Origin: an uncultured Bacteroidales bacterium
GTDB lineage: Bacteria; Bacteroidota; Bacteroidia; Bacteroidales; UBA10428
Direction: 5' to 3'
Assembly: GCA_964569585.1 (NCBI GenBank)
Contig: CAZMVE010000006.1
Span: forward strand, 1 to 57,111
Length of the DNA stretch: 57,111 nucleotides
Shown here: piece by piece, positions 42,204 through 50,633 of the stretch
Layout of the letters: every line of letters starts with the position of its first letter
How positions within the stretch are numbered: the stretch's first letter is position 1
The notes under the pieces: model-generated
Seen by the model: the letters and a program-made list of their open reading frames with translations, nothing else
Told to the model about the DNA's origin: nothing
Database searches by the model: none
Translations under genes and position numbers: made by a program

Positions 42204-44039
42204 TTATTCTTTAATTACCACTTTTTTAGCAACAATCGATCTTTTTTTATACACCATTAATTGATAGGAACCTGGAATAAGCTCAGAGGTACGTAATGAA
42301 TAATAGTTAGTATTCCCGGTTTCAATTTGTAAGATTTCCTTTCCGCTCATATCAATCAGTACTATCCGGTCGAAACTACCCGATGGGTTGGCTTCGATAA
42401 GCAGTTCGTTATTAAAAGGATTGGGGTAAAGCTGTATTGCAGATGATGCCTCCTGGTGTTCAACACCGGAAGGATCCATCATGTTGGGTACGGTTTCAGG
42501 TCCAAATATTTCAAGCACCCCTCCATTAGTAGAAGTCAGAGTACCGGATGTATAGCACAGGCTGTAGTAAATGCCATATTGAAGGTTCGATGCCAGGTTC
42601 AATTCAACGATGCCTGGATCAGTACCTGAATTGGCCGAATTTATGGTTATGGGATCAGCAGCATACAACAGGAAATCGGATACACTTGGGGAGGGATCGT
42701 TCATGGGCTTATCGAAATGCAGGTACACCACATTTCCTTCCGGGTTATGATCGATTCCTGTAAGCCTGGGGCGCTCCGGTACAGCATCGGCCAGGTTTAG
42801 GGCTATTTCCGTTTCGTTGTTAATTGTCAGGCACGATGCGGGGATCAACAGGTACTCACCACCTGTTTTTACACCGATTTCATAATCGCCAAAGAATCCA
42901 TGAAACGAAATGGTACCGTCGGCGGCTAGCTTATCCCTGATGCTTGTCGACCATTTTTCATGTATCAGGAGGTATACCGTATCGGCAGCAATTTTGGGTA
43001 TCCTGTTTTCATCATAAATGCCGGAGCCGTCCCTCCAGGTAGGATCCTTGAATCCCCACCATATCAATCCTTCTACAGCCGGGTGCGAGAAGCAGACACG
43101 CATCATCAGGCCATACGAGTTAGCCATACTCTGATCGCCGATGTTTTGTTCATCGATCTTCATATCGAACTCAGTTACTTTTATGGGTAAGCCGAGTGTT
43201 GCTACCTGGTCGAGTTTGGTTTTGATATCCGACCAGCTAAGGGTGCCTTCCATATGCCCCTGCACGCCAATGCCATCGATAGGAGCACCCTCGTCGAGCA
43301 TTTCCTGGATGGTGTTAATATAATTAGGAGCCGAACCCCAGACAATAATATTGAATTCATTGACAAACAAGCGGGCATCGGGATCTTCTTCGTGTGCCCA
43401 CTTAAAAGCATTCCATTTTATCGAATCGCCTGCATTCTCGTAGAGCCAGGTTTCATGAATGGGTTCGTTTATTACATCATAATCCTTAATAATACCCCCG
43501 TACCGGCTTACTTCCCTTCGTACACGCGTTTCGCAGGCATTATACAGGGGTTCGCCTGTCATGCTCAGGGTCCATCCCGGCATCTGCCAGTTTGCATCAC
43601 CTCCCCAGATGAGGGTATGCGCCCGTACATCCCAACCGACCCGACTGGCCCAGGCATAGATAGTATCGACCTGGGTATAGAATAGATTACCCTCTGTGGC
43701 TTCCATGTAGGGCCATTTAAATCGTTCCACTACGCCATAGTTGTAATATTTCTGCAGCACAGCCTGCCTCCATCGCGATTGGACAGAATTACCGATGGGT
43801 TCTACAGTATTTCCCCATTGAAATTCGTGTTTTTTCAGGCGGATATAAACGGAGTCGGTAAGGGGGTTATCCAACTCATCGGTGATCCGCAGTGTAAAAT
43901 CACCTTTGCGGAGCGTGTCGATACGCGCTTCAGCCGTCTCGTACCAGATTTGAGCCTGAGTATCGAACCGGCAAACAAAGCAGAGGCTTATCAGAAGTAT
44001 ACCGGTTTTCATCGACAGGGCGAAGTATTGTTTTTTCAT
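42204..44039 (-). CDS. GH10 endo-1,4-beta-xylanase with C-terminal extra domains and a T9SS sorting domain
   Basis: GH10 motifs are RAHTLIWG, DYDVINEPIHE (acid/base Glu) and PIKVTEFDMK (nucleophile Glu). The C terminus (LYPNPFNNELLIEA...YQLMVYKKRSIVAKKVVIK) is CTD-like. Confidence 0.85.
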   Translation of the reverse strand: MKKQYFALSMKTGILLISLCFVCRFDTQAQIWYETAEARIDTLRKGDFTLRITDELDNPLTDSVYIRLKKHEFQWGNTVEPIGNSVQSRWRQAVLQKYYNYGVVERFKWPYMEATEGNLFYTQVDTIYAWASRVGWDVRAHTLIWGGDANWQMPGWTLSMTGEPLYNACETRVRREVSRYGGIIKDYDVINEPIHETWLYENAGDSIKWNAFKWAHEEDPDARLFVNEFNIIVWGSAPNYINTIQEMLDEGAPIDGIGVQGHMEGTLSWSDIKTKLDQVATLGLPIKVTEFDMKIDEQNIGDQSMANSYGLMMRVCFSHPAVEGLIWWGFKDPTWRDGSGIYDENRIPKIAADTVYLLIHEKWSTSIRDKLAADGTISFHGFFGDYEIGVKTGGEYLLIPASCLTINNETEIALNLADAVPERPRLTGIDHNPEGNVVYLHFDKPMNDPSPSVSDFLLYAADPITINSANSGTDPGIVELNLASNLQYGIYYSLCYTSGTLTSTNGGVLEIFGPETVPNMMDPSGVEHQEASSAIQLYPNPFNNELLIEANPSGSFDRIVLIDMSGKEILQIETGNTNYYSLRTSELIPGSYQLMVYKKRSIVAKKVVIKE

Positions 44040-44202
44040 GGTTGTAACATTTTACTAATAAATGAGAGTTGAAATTATAAAAGAACCGTAAAAAATGTTG
44101 GATTTGTATCAGTCAGGTTCGTCAAATTTACTGAATAAAGTGCGTTTTACCATTCTTTATATTCATAACATTCCTGCGTGGGGGTGTGGATTGAAACTTC
44201 TG

Positions 44203-44756
44203 AAATATTCAATTCTCAGCGACTTAAATAATTTCATAACGTCATGGCATGTGTAGCTCCTTCTCCGTAGTAAAACTACGAAGGAGAAGCGAAGCAATCT
44301 TGTTGGTTTTTGCCCTCATGCTGGGCAGGTAGGTTAGCAATTCATTTGCGAATTTTATTCGTTATAGTCATGTTCATTTCTTTTCCTTGATGAAAAGAAA
44401 CGAACCAAAGAAAAACCGAACGAAGTGAGTTCACGAATACCATTGAAAATAATAAATAGTATGAGTAATCAAGGCCCGGGCTTCTCAGCGATCCACCATC
44501 GGTTTGCTGTCTATCCCGATCAAGAATTTGTTGGATTTTGAATAACAAAACCTTACAAATTCTAAATCGGGATCATTTGCCCTTCGGGCACGAACAGCTT
44601 CACCGGGTGGATACCCTCGCCTCCGAAGCCAATGGCCGGTTATAATATTCCGCATCAAATGCGGAATCCAGTGAAATAGGATGTACTTTTTCGGACGAGG
44701 AACCAGATTGCGGCGACACTTTTTGGTAATGTACCGGAAGGAGTTTGGATTGAAAC
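44203..44756. repeat. Composite noncoding repeat, copy A (modules X1 44203-44330, W1 44326-44388, Y1 44467-44573, Z1 44574-44756)
   Basis: Positions 44467-44756 differ from 48856-49142 at only about a dozen positions. X1 shares both ends with 48692-48820. W1 recurs at 46551-46609. Y contains a 61-nt hairpin at 44513-44573. Confidence 0.85.
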
Positions 44757-44838
44757 GTTCTTTATATGAAAACTTCATCTGGCGTTTTCTAGCCCAAAGT
44801 TAAAAGAGGCTTTTGTAGGGTATGCATTATATTGTGGC

Positions 44839-46299
44839 CTATGGACTGAATTTCTTTAAACGGTATATTCTGACAGAACCCTTTTCAGCGATTAATTCAT
44901 CGAGTAAGCTAATGATCTCTTCATTGCCATCAAGTTTCCGGGAATCGCTATATAAATATTCCGCACCCTTTTCAATCATCGTTCTGAGTTTTTGTGCGTC
45001 CAGGTTGTCATTGTAATAACTCCAGCCTTTCTTATCGATGTAATAGAAAAATATATGATGCGAGCGGTCGTTCCCGGCTACTACCAGTGAGTTTTTCGGA
45101 ACAGCGTCCCGGAGTTCTGTTTTATAAAGCAGTAAATCTTTATTGAATCCGGGGGAATCCGGATTCCATCGTACCTGCATTCTTAAATAACAGGTAACAG
45201 GTAAAAGCAGCAAAAGAGCAAAGGTTAAATACCGGGTGAAGGGAATATTTAAACTTAGAAGATTATAAGCTCCGTAAGCTACCAGAATAAAAAGTAAAGG
45301 ATAAAAGGGGAACAGGTAATAATCGTGAATTTTTGCAATGGCATTCACCTCAAAAAGATAATAGGCCAACACTACCATGCTCCAGGCAAGAATCAAGGGG
45401 AACTTTGAATTTTTATAGGCTTTTCTTTGAAACAGAAAATATAATCCTGCCAGGAAGAATAATACGGAACCATAATTTAATAGTAATTCAGGCAATGTTG
45501 AAATCAGGTTGTGTTGAAGATAATCAAGGACAGTTAATAAAGACTCATGAGCAGCCAGAATTCCTTTTATTGTTACATTGCCATGCCACTGGAGTACTAC
45601 GGTTCCATACCAAACTATGGGCAAAATTGAAAAACTAAATATTCCAGTTGCCTGGGAAACAACTTTTTTGTTTATTCCATTTTTAAAAGAAAATATTATA
45701 AAATATACAATAGGCACGATGTAGTAAATGATAAAAGGGAGCTTACATAATGCCCCGATACTCAATAATAATCCGCTGCCCAATAAGGATTTCACTCTGC
45801 CATTACTGCGCCATTTGAAGAATAAAACAATACCCCAAATGGAACAACACAAAGCCAGATTATCGGGAATTGGATTTATTGTATAATAATAGAAAGCCGG
45901 TGAAAAATTAAAGGCCCATGCACCAATAAGCGATAATACTTCATTATGAAATAATGTAGCTAATAGTTTATAGATACCTAAGACTGAAATCAATCCGATA
46001 ATAAACATTAACATGCGGCATAGTATCAGGTGGTTTCCGAAAATCTTATAAGTACAGGCTACCAGCCATTGCATCAGGGGAAATTCCAATCTCATTATTC
46101 CATCCGTGTCACCCCTGTCATTTCGGCGAGGATTGAAAATATTCATATCCTCTTCATAAAAATTTATGATGTTCGATTGAGTCTGAGTTTGTCGCCAAAC
46201 ATGAATACTCATTAAATCCTGTGAGAAATGTTCAAAATGCATTAAAAAGCTAATCACAGCAATTGAAACCAAAATACTGTTTCGGAGAATCTTCTTCAT
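44839..46299 (-). CDS. GT39/GT83-like (ArnT/PMT-type) polytopic membrane glycosyltransferase
   Basis: A 486-aa protein with about 11 hydrophobic helices. The N-terminal loop motif HVWRQTQT...FPLMQW resembles ArnT/PMT-family enzymes, and there is a soluble C-terminal tail. Confidence 0.6.
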   Translation of the reverse strand: MKKILRNSILVSIAVISFLMHFEHFSQDLMSIHVWRQTQTQSNIINFYEEDMNIFNPRRNDRGDTDGIMRLEFPLMQWLVACTYKIFGNHLILCRMLMFIIGLISVLGIYKLLATLFHNEVLSLIGAWAFNFSPAFYYYTINPIPDNLALCCSIWGIVLFFKWRSNGRVKSLLGSGLLLSIGALCKLPFIIYYIVPIVYFIIFSFKNGINKKVVSQATGIFSFSILPIVWYGTVVLQWHGNVTIKGILAAHESLLTVLDYLQHNLISTLPELLLNYGSVLFFLAGLYFLFQRKAYKNSKFPLILAWSMVVLAYYLFEVNAIAKIHDYYLFPFYPLLFILVAYGAYNLLSLNIPFTRYLTFALLLLLPVTCYLRMQVRWNPDSPGFNKDLLLYKTELRDAVPKNSLVVAGNDRSHHIFFYYIDKKGWSYYNDNLDAQKLRTMIEKGAEYLYSDSRKLDGNEEIISLLDELIAEKGSVRIYRLKKFSP

Positions 46300-46550
46300 T
46301 TATTTTTTCATTTTATACATCCTGATGTTCTAAAAATTTTATCTGTAACTGGTATAAATATATGTAACAAACTTACGTACATTTTCTTTCTGACAGCTAT
46401 ATTTCCAAATTACCACTTGTTTTTTGGAACTAGTTTTCTTATTTAACGTGAGTTCGAAATAAGACTATCTTGTTAAAGCCTTATTATCAATTATCTCCAA
46501 GTTGATAGATGGTTTTTTTGGAAGAAAAGAATAAGCTATTAATTCAGCTA

Positions 46551-46609
46551 GCAGGTTAACAATTCATTTGCGAATTTTATTCGTAGAGATCATGTTCCTT
46601 TCTTTTCCT
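46551..46609. repeat. Module W2, a short copy of part of the composite repeat
   Basis: gcaggttaacaattcatttgcgaattttattcgtagagatcatgttcctttcttttcct closely matches 44326-44388. Confidence 0.7.
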
Positions 46610-46663
46610 ATTTAATATAATATTTTCTTGTTCTTAATTAAGTGCCTATTCTATAATTACCTC

Positions 46664-48388
46664 CTATTTTAAATAAACAACAAATATTTTTTTGTTGAAT
46701 GCGAATCCATTTTCAACTAAACAATTCGTGTCTGATAGTACAATTCCTTGTAGTCTTAAATTTGCATAAGCATATGCTAGCATTTCTGAGGGCCATTCAC
46801 CATTCACAGTATGCATATATATTTCAGGTTTAATTGCCTGTGATAAACAATTTGGACGTAAAGATTTAACTATCAATAAAGCAACATCGTTATCTGCACC
46901 ACCATGAATATAAATATGAATTTCTTTGATTTGAGGTTCTTGAGTTTTATTTATGGTATTAGTTTTCAGCTCCTTTTTGTTCTTAATAATTTCTAAGGCA
47001 TTTTCAGCGCGCCAGGATAAAAGTTTATTTTCATCCTTGAGGACAGATTGAAGATGTTCAATTATACTTGAGTCATCAAATACAGAAAGTGCTTTCGCAG
47101 CATATGAACTTATTGTCAGCTCAATTTTTGGCCAATCTGATTCCGAAAGTAAAGTGGCGAGCCAATTAACCAAGTCTTCATCTTCAATAGATTCTGCTTG
47201 AACCATAAATGCTTTTTTTATTAATGACATTGCTTGTTCTTCACTACATTCATAGTGGGATTTCATATTATCTATCCCTTTTTGATCGACTACTACTTTA
47301 CCATGAACTAAATATTCTGCCAATTCACGTGAAATATTTAATATACTTTCATTATCCTGTAAAGCAGAAATAAGTACACCAATAGCACCCGGGTTTTTAA
47401 TTTCGCCAAGAAATTCGGTAGCATTCTTCCTTCTATAAACAGATTTATCATGTTGCAGGATTGATTTTAGAGATCCAACAGCCATATCGCCTAATTTTAA
47501 CATTTCATCCCTGGCCTGTTTCTCGGATCTATTATCATCCATCTTTTTAATTAACTTTTTTACTTTTGTGTCATAATTAATTTTAATTTTTTTGTCTTGG
47601 TTTAAATAGTCTTTTTCAGTGGATTGTCCTTCATACTCTGAGGTACCGAATGCTAAAATCGGAAAGAAAATAAAACTCAGAAATATTAATCCAACTGTAA
47701 ATCCCTCATTTTTCCCAAAACTTTTTGAAAGTAAATTGATGGACCAAACAATCCAAATGATCTGTAAATAGGGAATTAACATCAGGAACAACCACCACCA
47801 GGGTTTTTTTACAATTTCCAAGAAAACAATTATGTTATATACCGGTATAATGCAAGCCCATCCTGGTTGTCCAGCCTTTTGAAAGATGCGCCACATGGAG
47901 ATTATCAGGAGTATCAGTATAATATAGATCAATATCGGAGACGAAGATTCTTCAGATTCCGGTTTGTTGAGTTCAGCAATTAATTCATTGGTTATACCGG
48001 TTTGTTTAATTTCTTCTATTGTCCCCTGTTTATTTTCAGCGGGGAAAATGATTTTTAAATAATAGGCTGTTTCCTGTTCAATATTAAATGTATCGGAGAC
48101 GTATGTAGATTCATCTTCTCCGAATTGTGCCGAAATCACCAGACTTTCCTGTGAATACACTTTTTGATGAAATTTATCGGATGTGGAAACCGGCTGATTG
48201 AAAACAATAGAATCATTACTTGTTACTTTGATCTTAGGACATAATTCTGCTTTTTTAAAGCATACGTTATGATTTCTGATTGTAAAATTAATGATTGAAA
48301 AACTTGTATCCGATTGTGCTTTTGCATAGAAAAAGCCAGAAAGAATAATGGATATAAGGAAAACTTTTTTTGCGAATACCTTTTTCAT
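46664..48388 (-). CDS. Membrane protein with a DUF5684-like TM core and cytoplasmic HEAT/PBS-lyase-like repeats
   Basis: Signal-like start MKKVFAKKVFLISIILSGFFYAKA (the listed start 48433 is probably too early). The TM block WRIFQKAGQPGWACIIPVYNIIVFLEIVKKPWWWLFLMLIPY is the DUF5684 signature as I remember it. HEAT-like segment: EFLGEIKNPGAIGVLISALQDNES. Confidence 0.55.
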   Translation of the reverse strand: MKKVFAKKVFLISIILSGFFYAKAQSDTSFSIINFTIRNHNVCFKKAELCPKIKVTSNDSIVFNQPVSTSDKFHQKVYSQESLVISAQFGEDESTYVSDTFNIEQETAYYLKIIFPAENKQGTIEEIKQTGITNELIAELNKPESEESSSPILIYIILILLIISMWRIFQKAGQPGWACIIPVYNIIVFLEIVKKPWWWLFLMLIPYLQIIWIVWSINLLSKSFGKNEGFTVGLIFLSFIFFPILAFGTSEYEGQSTEKDYLNQDKKIKINYDTKVKKLIKKMDDNRSEKQARDEMLKLGDMAVGSLKSILQHDKSVYRRKNATEFLGEIKNPGAIGVLISALQDNESILNISRELAEYLVHGKVVVDQKGIDNMKSHYECSEEQAMSLIKKAFMVQAESIEDEDLVNWLATLLSESDWPKIELTISSYAAKALSVFDDSSIIEHLQSVLKDENKLLSWRAENALEIIKNKKELKTNTINKTQEPQIKEIHIYIHGGADNDVALLIVKSLRPNCLSQAIKPEIYMHTVNGEWPSEMLAYAYANLRLQGIVLSDTNCLVENGFAFNKKIFVVYLK

Positions 48389-48549
48389 ATTGATAATTTT
48401 AAAACAAGAAACGAAAAATACTGCATAAAACAAATTCGTGAAATTTTAAGTTACCCCGATTCAGATCAACGGTATATTTTGAATAGCTTGCTTTGCAATC
48501 TGGCTTCAACAACTATTATGTAACGCTAACGCGGCACTTAGACAAATTT

Positions 48550-49142
48550 CATTTGCCCTTCGGGCACGAACAGCTGCACCGGGTGGGTCCCCGCTTCCGA
48601 AGCCAATGGCCGATTATAACATTCCGCATTAATTGCGGAATCCAGTTAAATAGGATGTACTTTTTCGGACGAGGAACCGGATTGCGGCGACAAATATTCA
48701 ATTCTCAACGACTCGAATATATTTAAAACGTCATTGCGAGCACAGCGAAGCAACCGAGAACGAAGTACGAGTTCGGCGAAGCCAATCTTGTTGGTTTATG
48801 CCCTCATGCCGGGCGGGCACTTCCTTTTCTCCTTAATGAGAAAAGGAAGCAAAAGAATCAAGGCCTGGGCTTCTCAGCGATTCACCAGCGGTTTGCTGTC
48901 TATCCCGATCAAGAATTTGTTGGATTTTGAATAACAAAACCTTACAAATTCTAAATCGGGATCATTTGCCCTTCGGGCACGAACAGCTTCACCGGGTGGA
49001 TACCCTCGCCTCCGAAGCCAATGGCCGGTTATAATATTCCGCATCAAATGCGGAATCCAGTGAAATAGGATGTACTTTTTCGGACGAGGAGCCGGATTAC
49101 GGGGACACTTTTTGGTGATGTGCCCTAAGGAGTTTGGATTGA
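48550..49142. repeat. Composite noncoding repeat, copy B (modules Z2 48550-48692, X2 48692-48820, Y2 48856-48962, Z3 48963-49142)
   Basis: The same module set as copy A, with an extra diverged Z copy at the left. Z2 differs from Z3 by scattered substitutions and a 2-nt indel. Y2 hairpin at 48902-48962. Confidence 0.85.
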
Positions 49143-49160
49143 TTTAAATCCTTTGGGGCT

Positions 49161-49412
49161 TGTTCTTACTACTCTTCCTGCTGCTCTGTCAGGTTCAACT
49201 GCTGTTCTGTCAGGTTCAGGCTTTGTTTTGTGTGCGTAAGGTCCTGTTTTATGACTTTCATGCCCTGTTCTGTGATGTTGATAGGATGTTCTGACTAATT
49301 CACATGCTGTTTTGAGCAGGGAAGGCTTTGTTCTATGGTTGTCGACTCCTGTTTTCAGGTGTTCGTTCCTTGTTTTGACAGGGTAAGGTTGTGTTTTGAG
49401 GTGTTCACATGG
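49161..49412. repeat. Array of 12 tandem direct repeats with an exact 21-bp period
   Basis: TGTTYT (TGCTCT in unit 2) begins at 49161, 49182, 49203, ... 49392, always 21 nt apart. The remaining ~15 nt of each unit are diverged. Confidence 0.9.
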
Positions 49413-49433
49413 AGGGTTGGGATATTTATATAA

Positions 49434-49466
49434 AACCCTGACAGGGTTCTGTACCCTGTCAGGGTT
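49434..49466. repeat. REP-like hairpin (14-bp stem, 5-nt loop)
   Basis: AACCCTGACAGGGT (49434-49447) pairs with ACCCTGTCAGGGTT (49453-49466). It is a sibling of the palindrome at 55135-55167 and lies 16 nt downstream of the stop of the minus-strand ORF 49482-50168. Confidence 0.8.
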
Positions 49467-49481
49467 AACAAGTGATCAAAA

Positions 49482-50168
49482 TCACTGTACGGTTTCCACG
49501 GTTTTATTTTTCAGGGTTTTGCCCTTGCCATAATCGGTAATGTTGCGCCACGATTTGTAGCGGTTGATGAATTCCTGATCTTCGACAAGGCCCTTTACCA
49601 GGTCGTCCATGATATCGAGGCTGTTACGCAGGTTTTTTATTTTTTCGACGATTTCTGATCCCTTCTCCGATTTGTCTTTCGATACGGTAGTGCGCTCGGA
49701 GGCCTGCTTCCTGTAGTCGGTAATTAGCTGACGGATATTATCTATATCGGCGTTCGTTACCTTGAATGATGCCAGGTTTTCAAGATTTTCAACAGCTTTA
49801 TCGGCAATACCGGCACAACGGTTTACGGATTCCGGTTCGGGCCCGCGTGAGAGTGCCGAGTAGGAAATACCTACCAGGGGGAGCAGGGTAAGCCGGTTGT
49901 TCTTCTTGGCCCAGGCGCTCATTTTTTTCATCAGTTTGTAAGTGGTGTTCATCAGCTGGTCATAGGTGTTGTCCTTTAAATCGGTTAATCCGCCGGGGTC
50001 CGTGGCCGATACCGATTCGTTCAGACTGTTCACCTGGTTATACTCCGTATCGAGCAGGGAGTATGTCGATGCAATTTCGGGCTCATTTTCCCAGAGGGAA
50101 CGTTCGTTGTTCATGCCGTTGAGTACTACGCCCAACATGTTCAGAAAATTAAATTGTGTTTGTCTCAT
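49482..50168 (-). CDS. Hypothetical protein (228 aa, predicted mostly alpha-helical)
   Basis: Clean ORF with coding-like composition. No family recognised. It is followed by the small hairpin AGTGATTTTGATCACT, which contains its TGA stop and a second in-frame TGA. Confidence 0.55.
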   Translation of the reverse strand: MRQTQFNFLNMLGVVLNGMNNERSLWENEPEIASTYSLLDTEYNQVNSLNESVSATDPGGLTDLKDNTYDQLMNTTYKLMKKMSAWAKKNNRLTLLPLVGISYSALSRGPEPESVNRCAGIADKAVENLENLASFKVTNADIDNIRQLITDYRKQASERTTVSKDKSEKGSEIVEKIKNLRNSLDIMDDLVKGLVEDQEFINRYKSWRNITDYGKGKTLKNKTVETVQ

Positions 50169-50633
50169 AATAATGTAAGGTTTTAAATTAATAAATATAA
50201 CAGTTAATGAAAACTCTATTGAAACCCTTACAGGAACCGGCTTATTTCAAATATAACTTCTTCTCTTACCTATGAGGCTGCCCCGTGAGGCAGCCTGTTT
50301 CGCAATTGCCTTTACCTGAATTGTTATTTACAACGTGAATATAAAAAAAATAGTATAAAAATAAAATATGTATGGGCCGTTGAGTGAAATTAATTTTGGA
50401 TTTTGTGATAGGGGTGAAAATTAAATCATTGTTTTCAAGATTATTACTGAAGAAAAGAATACGTATTTTAGGCCGGAACGGGCAAATTTTGTAAATTTCT
50501 GGGGAGTTAGGGGAGAGGAAAAATTAAAAGCCCCCGTATTGTAAGACGAGGGTGGCTTACATGTTTTCACAACGGAATAATTTTTATTTATTGAAACAAC
50601 TATGTATCACGATAGAATTAATTGAGTAATAAG

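Noticed and set aside
44188-44756. GGATTGAAAC at 44188-44197 and 44747-44756 (reverse complement GTTTCAATCC...) resembles the start of type I/III CRISPR repeats, suggesting an orphan mini-array.
   Set aside because: Only the ~10-12 terminal nt are shared. The two sites are about 560 nt apart, and the third site (49133-49142) is truncated. There is no repeat-spacer periodicity. More likely this is a shared terminus of the repeat modules, or chance.
44342-44778. ORFs 44342-44548(-) and 44485-44778(-), together with 48493-48726(+) and 48734-48934(+), as small protein genes inside the repeat modules.
   Set aside because: The copies of module Z differ by a 2-nt indel and by substitutions that destroy every one of these frames in the sister copy. 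The sequences are dominated by palindromes. Noncoding repeats explain them better.
49161-49412. The 21-nt-period array as a CRISPR-like or tandem-guide (TIGR-like) RNA array.
   Set aside because: The variable parts are related to one another (for example units 10 and 12, 4 and 11, 2 and 3) rather than being unique spacers. The conserved core is only 6 nt, there is no dyad structure, and no recognisable associated effector is present. It is kept as a phased-repeat finding instead.
49476-49484. TGA-TTT-TGA after ORF 49482-50168 as evidence for TGA reassignment (genetic code 4 or 25).
   Set aside because: Several well-defined genes in the window terminate at TGA at the expected protein length, for example the M23 peptidase, rnhA (TGA then TAA) and rnhB. 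Trp is encoded by TGG throughout. The standard code fits.
50275-50296. The 8-bp hairpin AGGCTGCC-CCGTGA-GGCAGCCT as a terminator or small RNA element.
   Set aside because: There is no U-run on either strand and no adjacent gene end. The evidence is insufficient for any call.
50566-50573. TTCACAAC upstream of the tracrRNA matching the end of the CRISPR repeat (plus-strand form), as a possible degenerate repeat or second anti-repeat.
   Set aside because: Only 8 nt match and the flanks are unrelated. A match like this is expected by chance in a window of this size.
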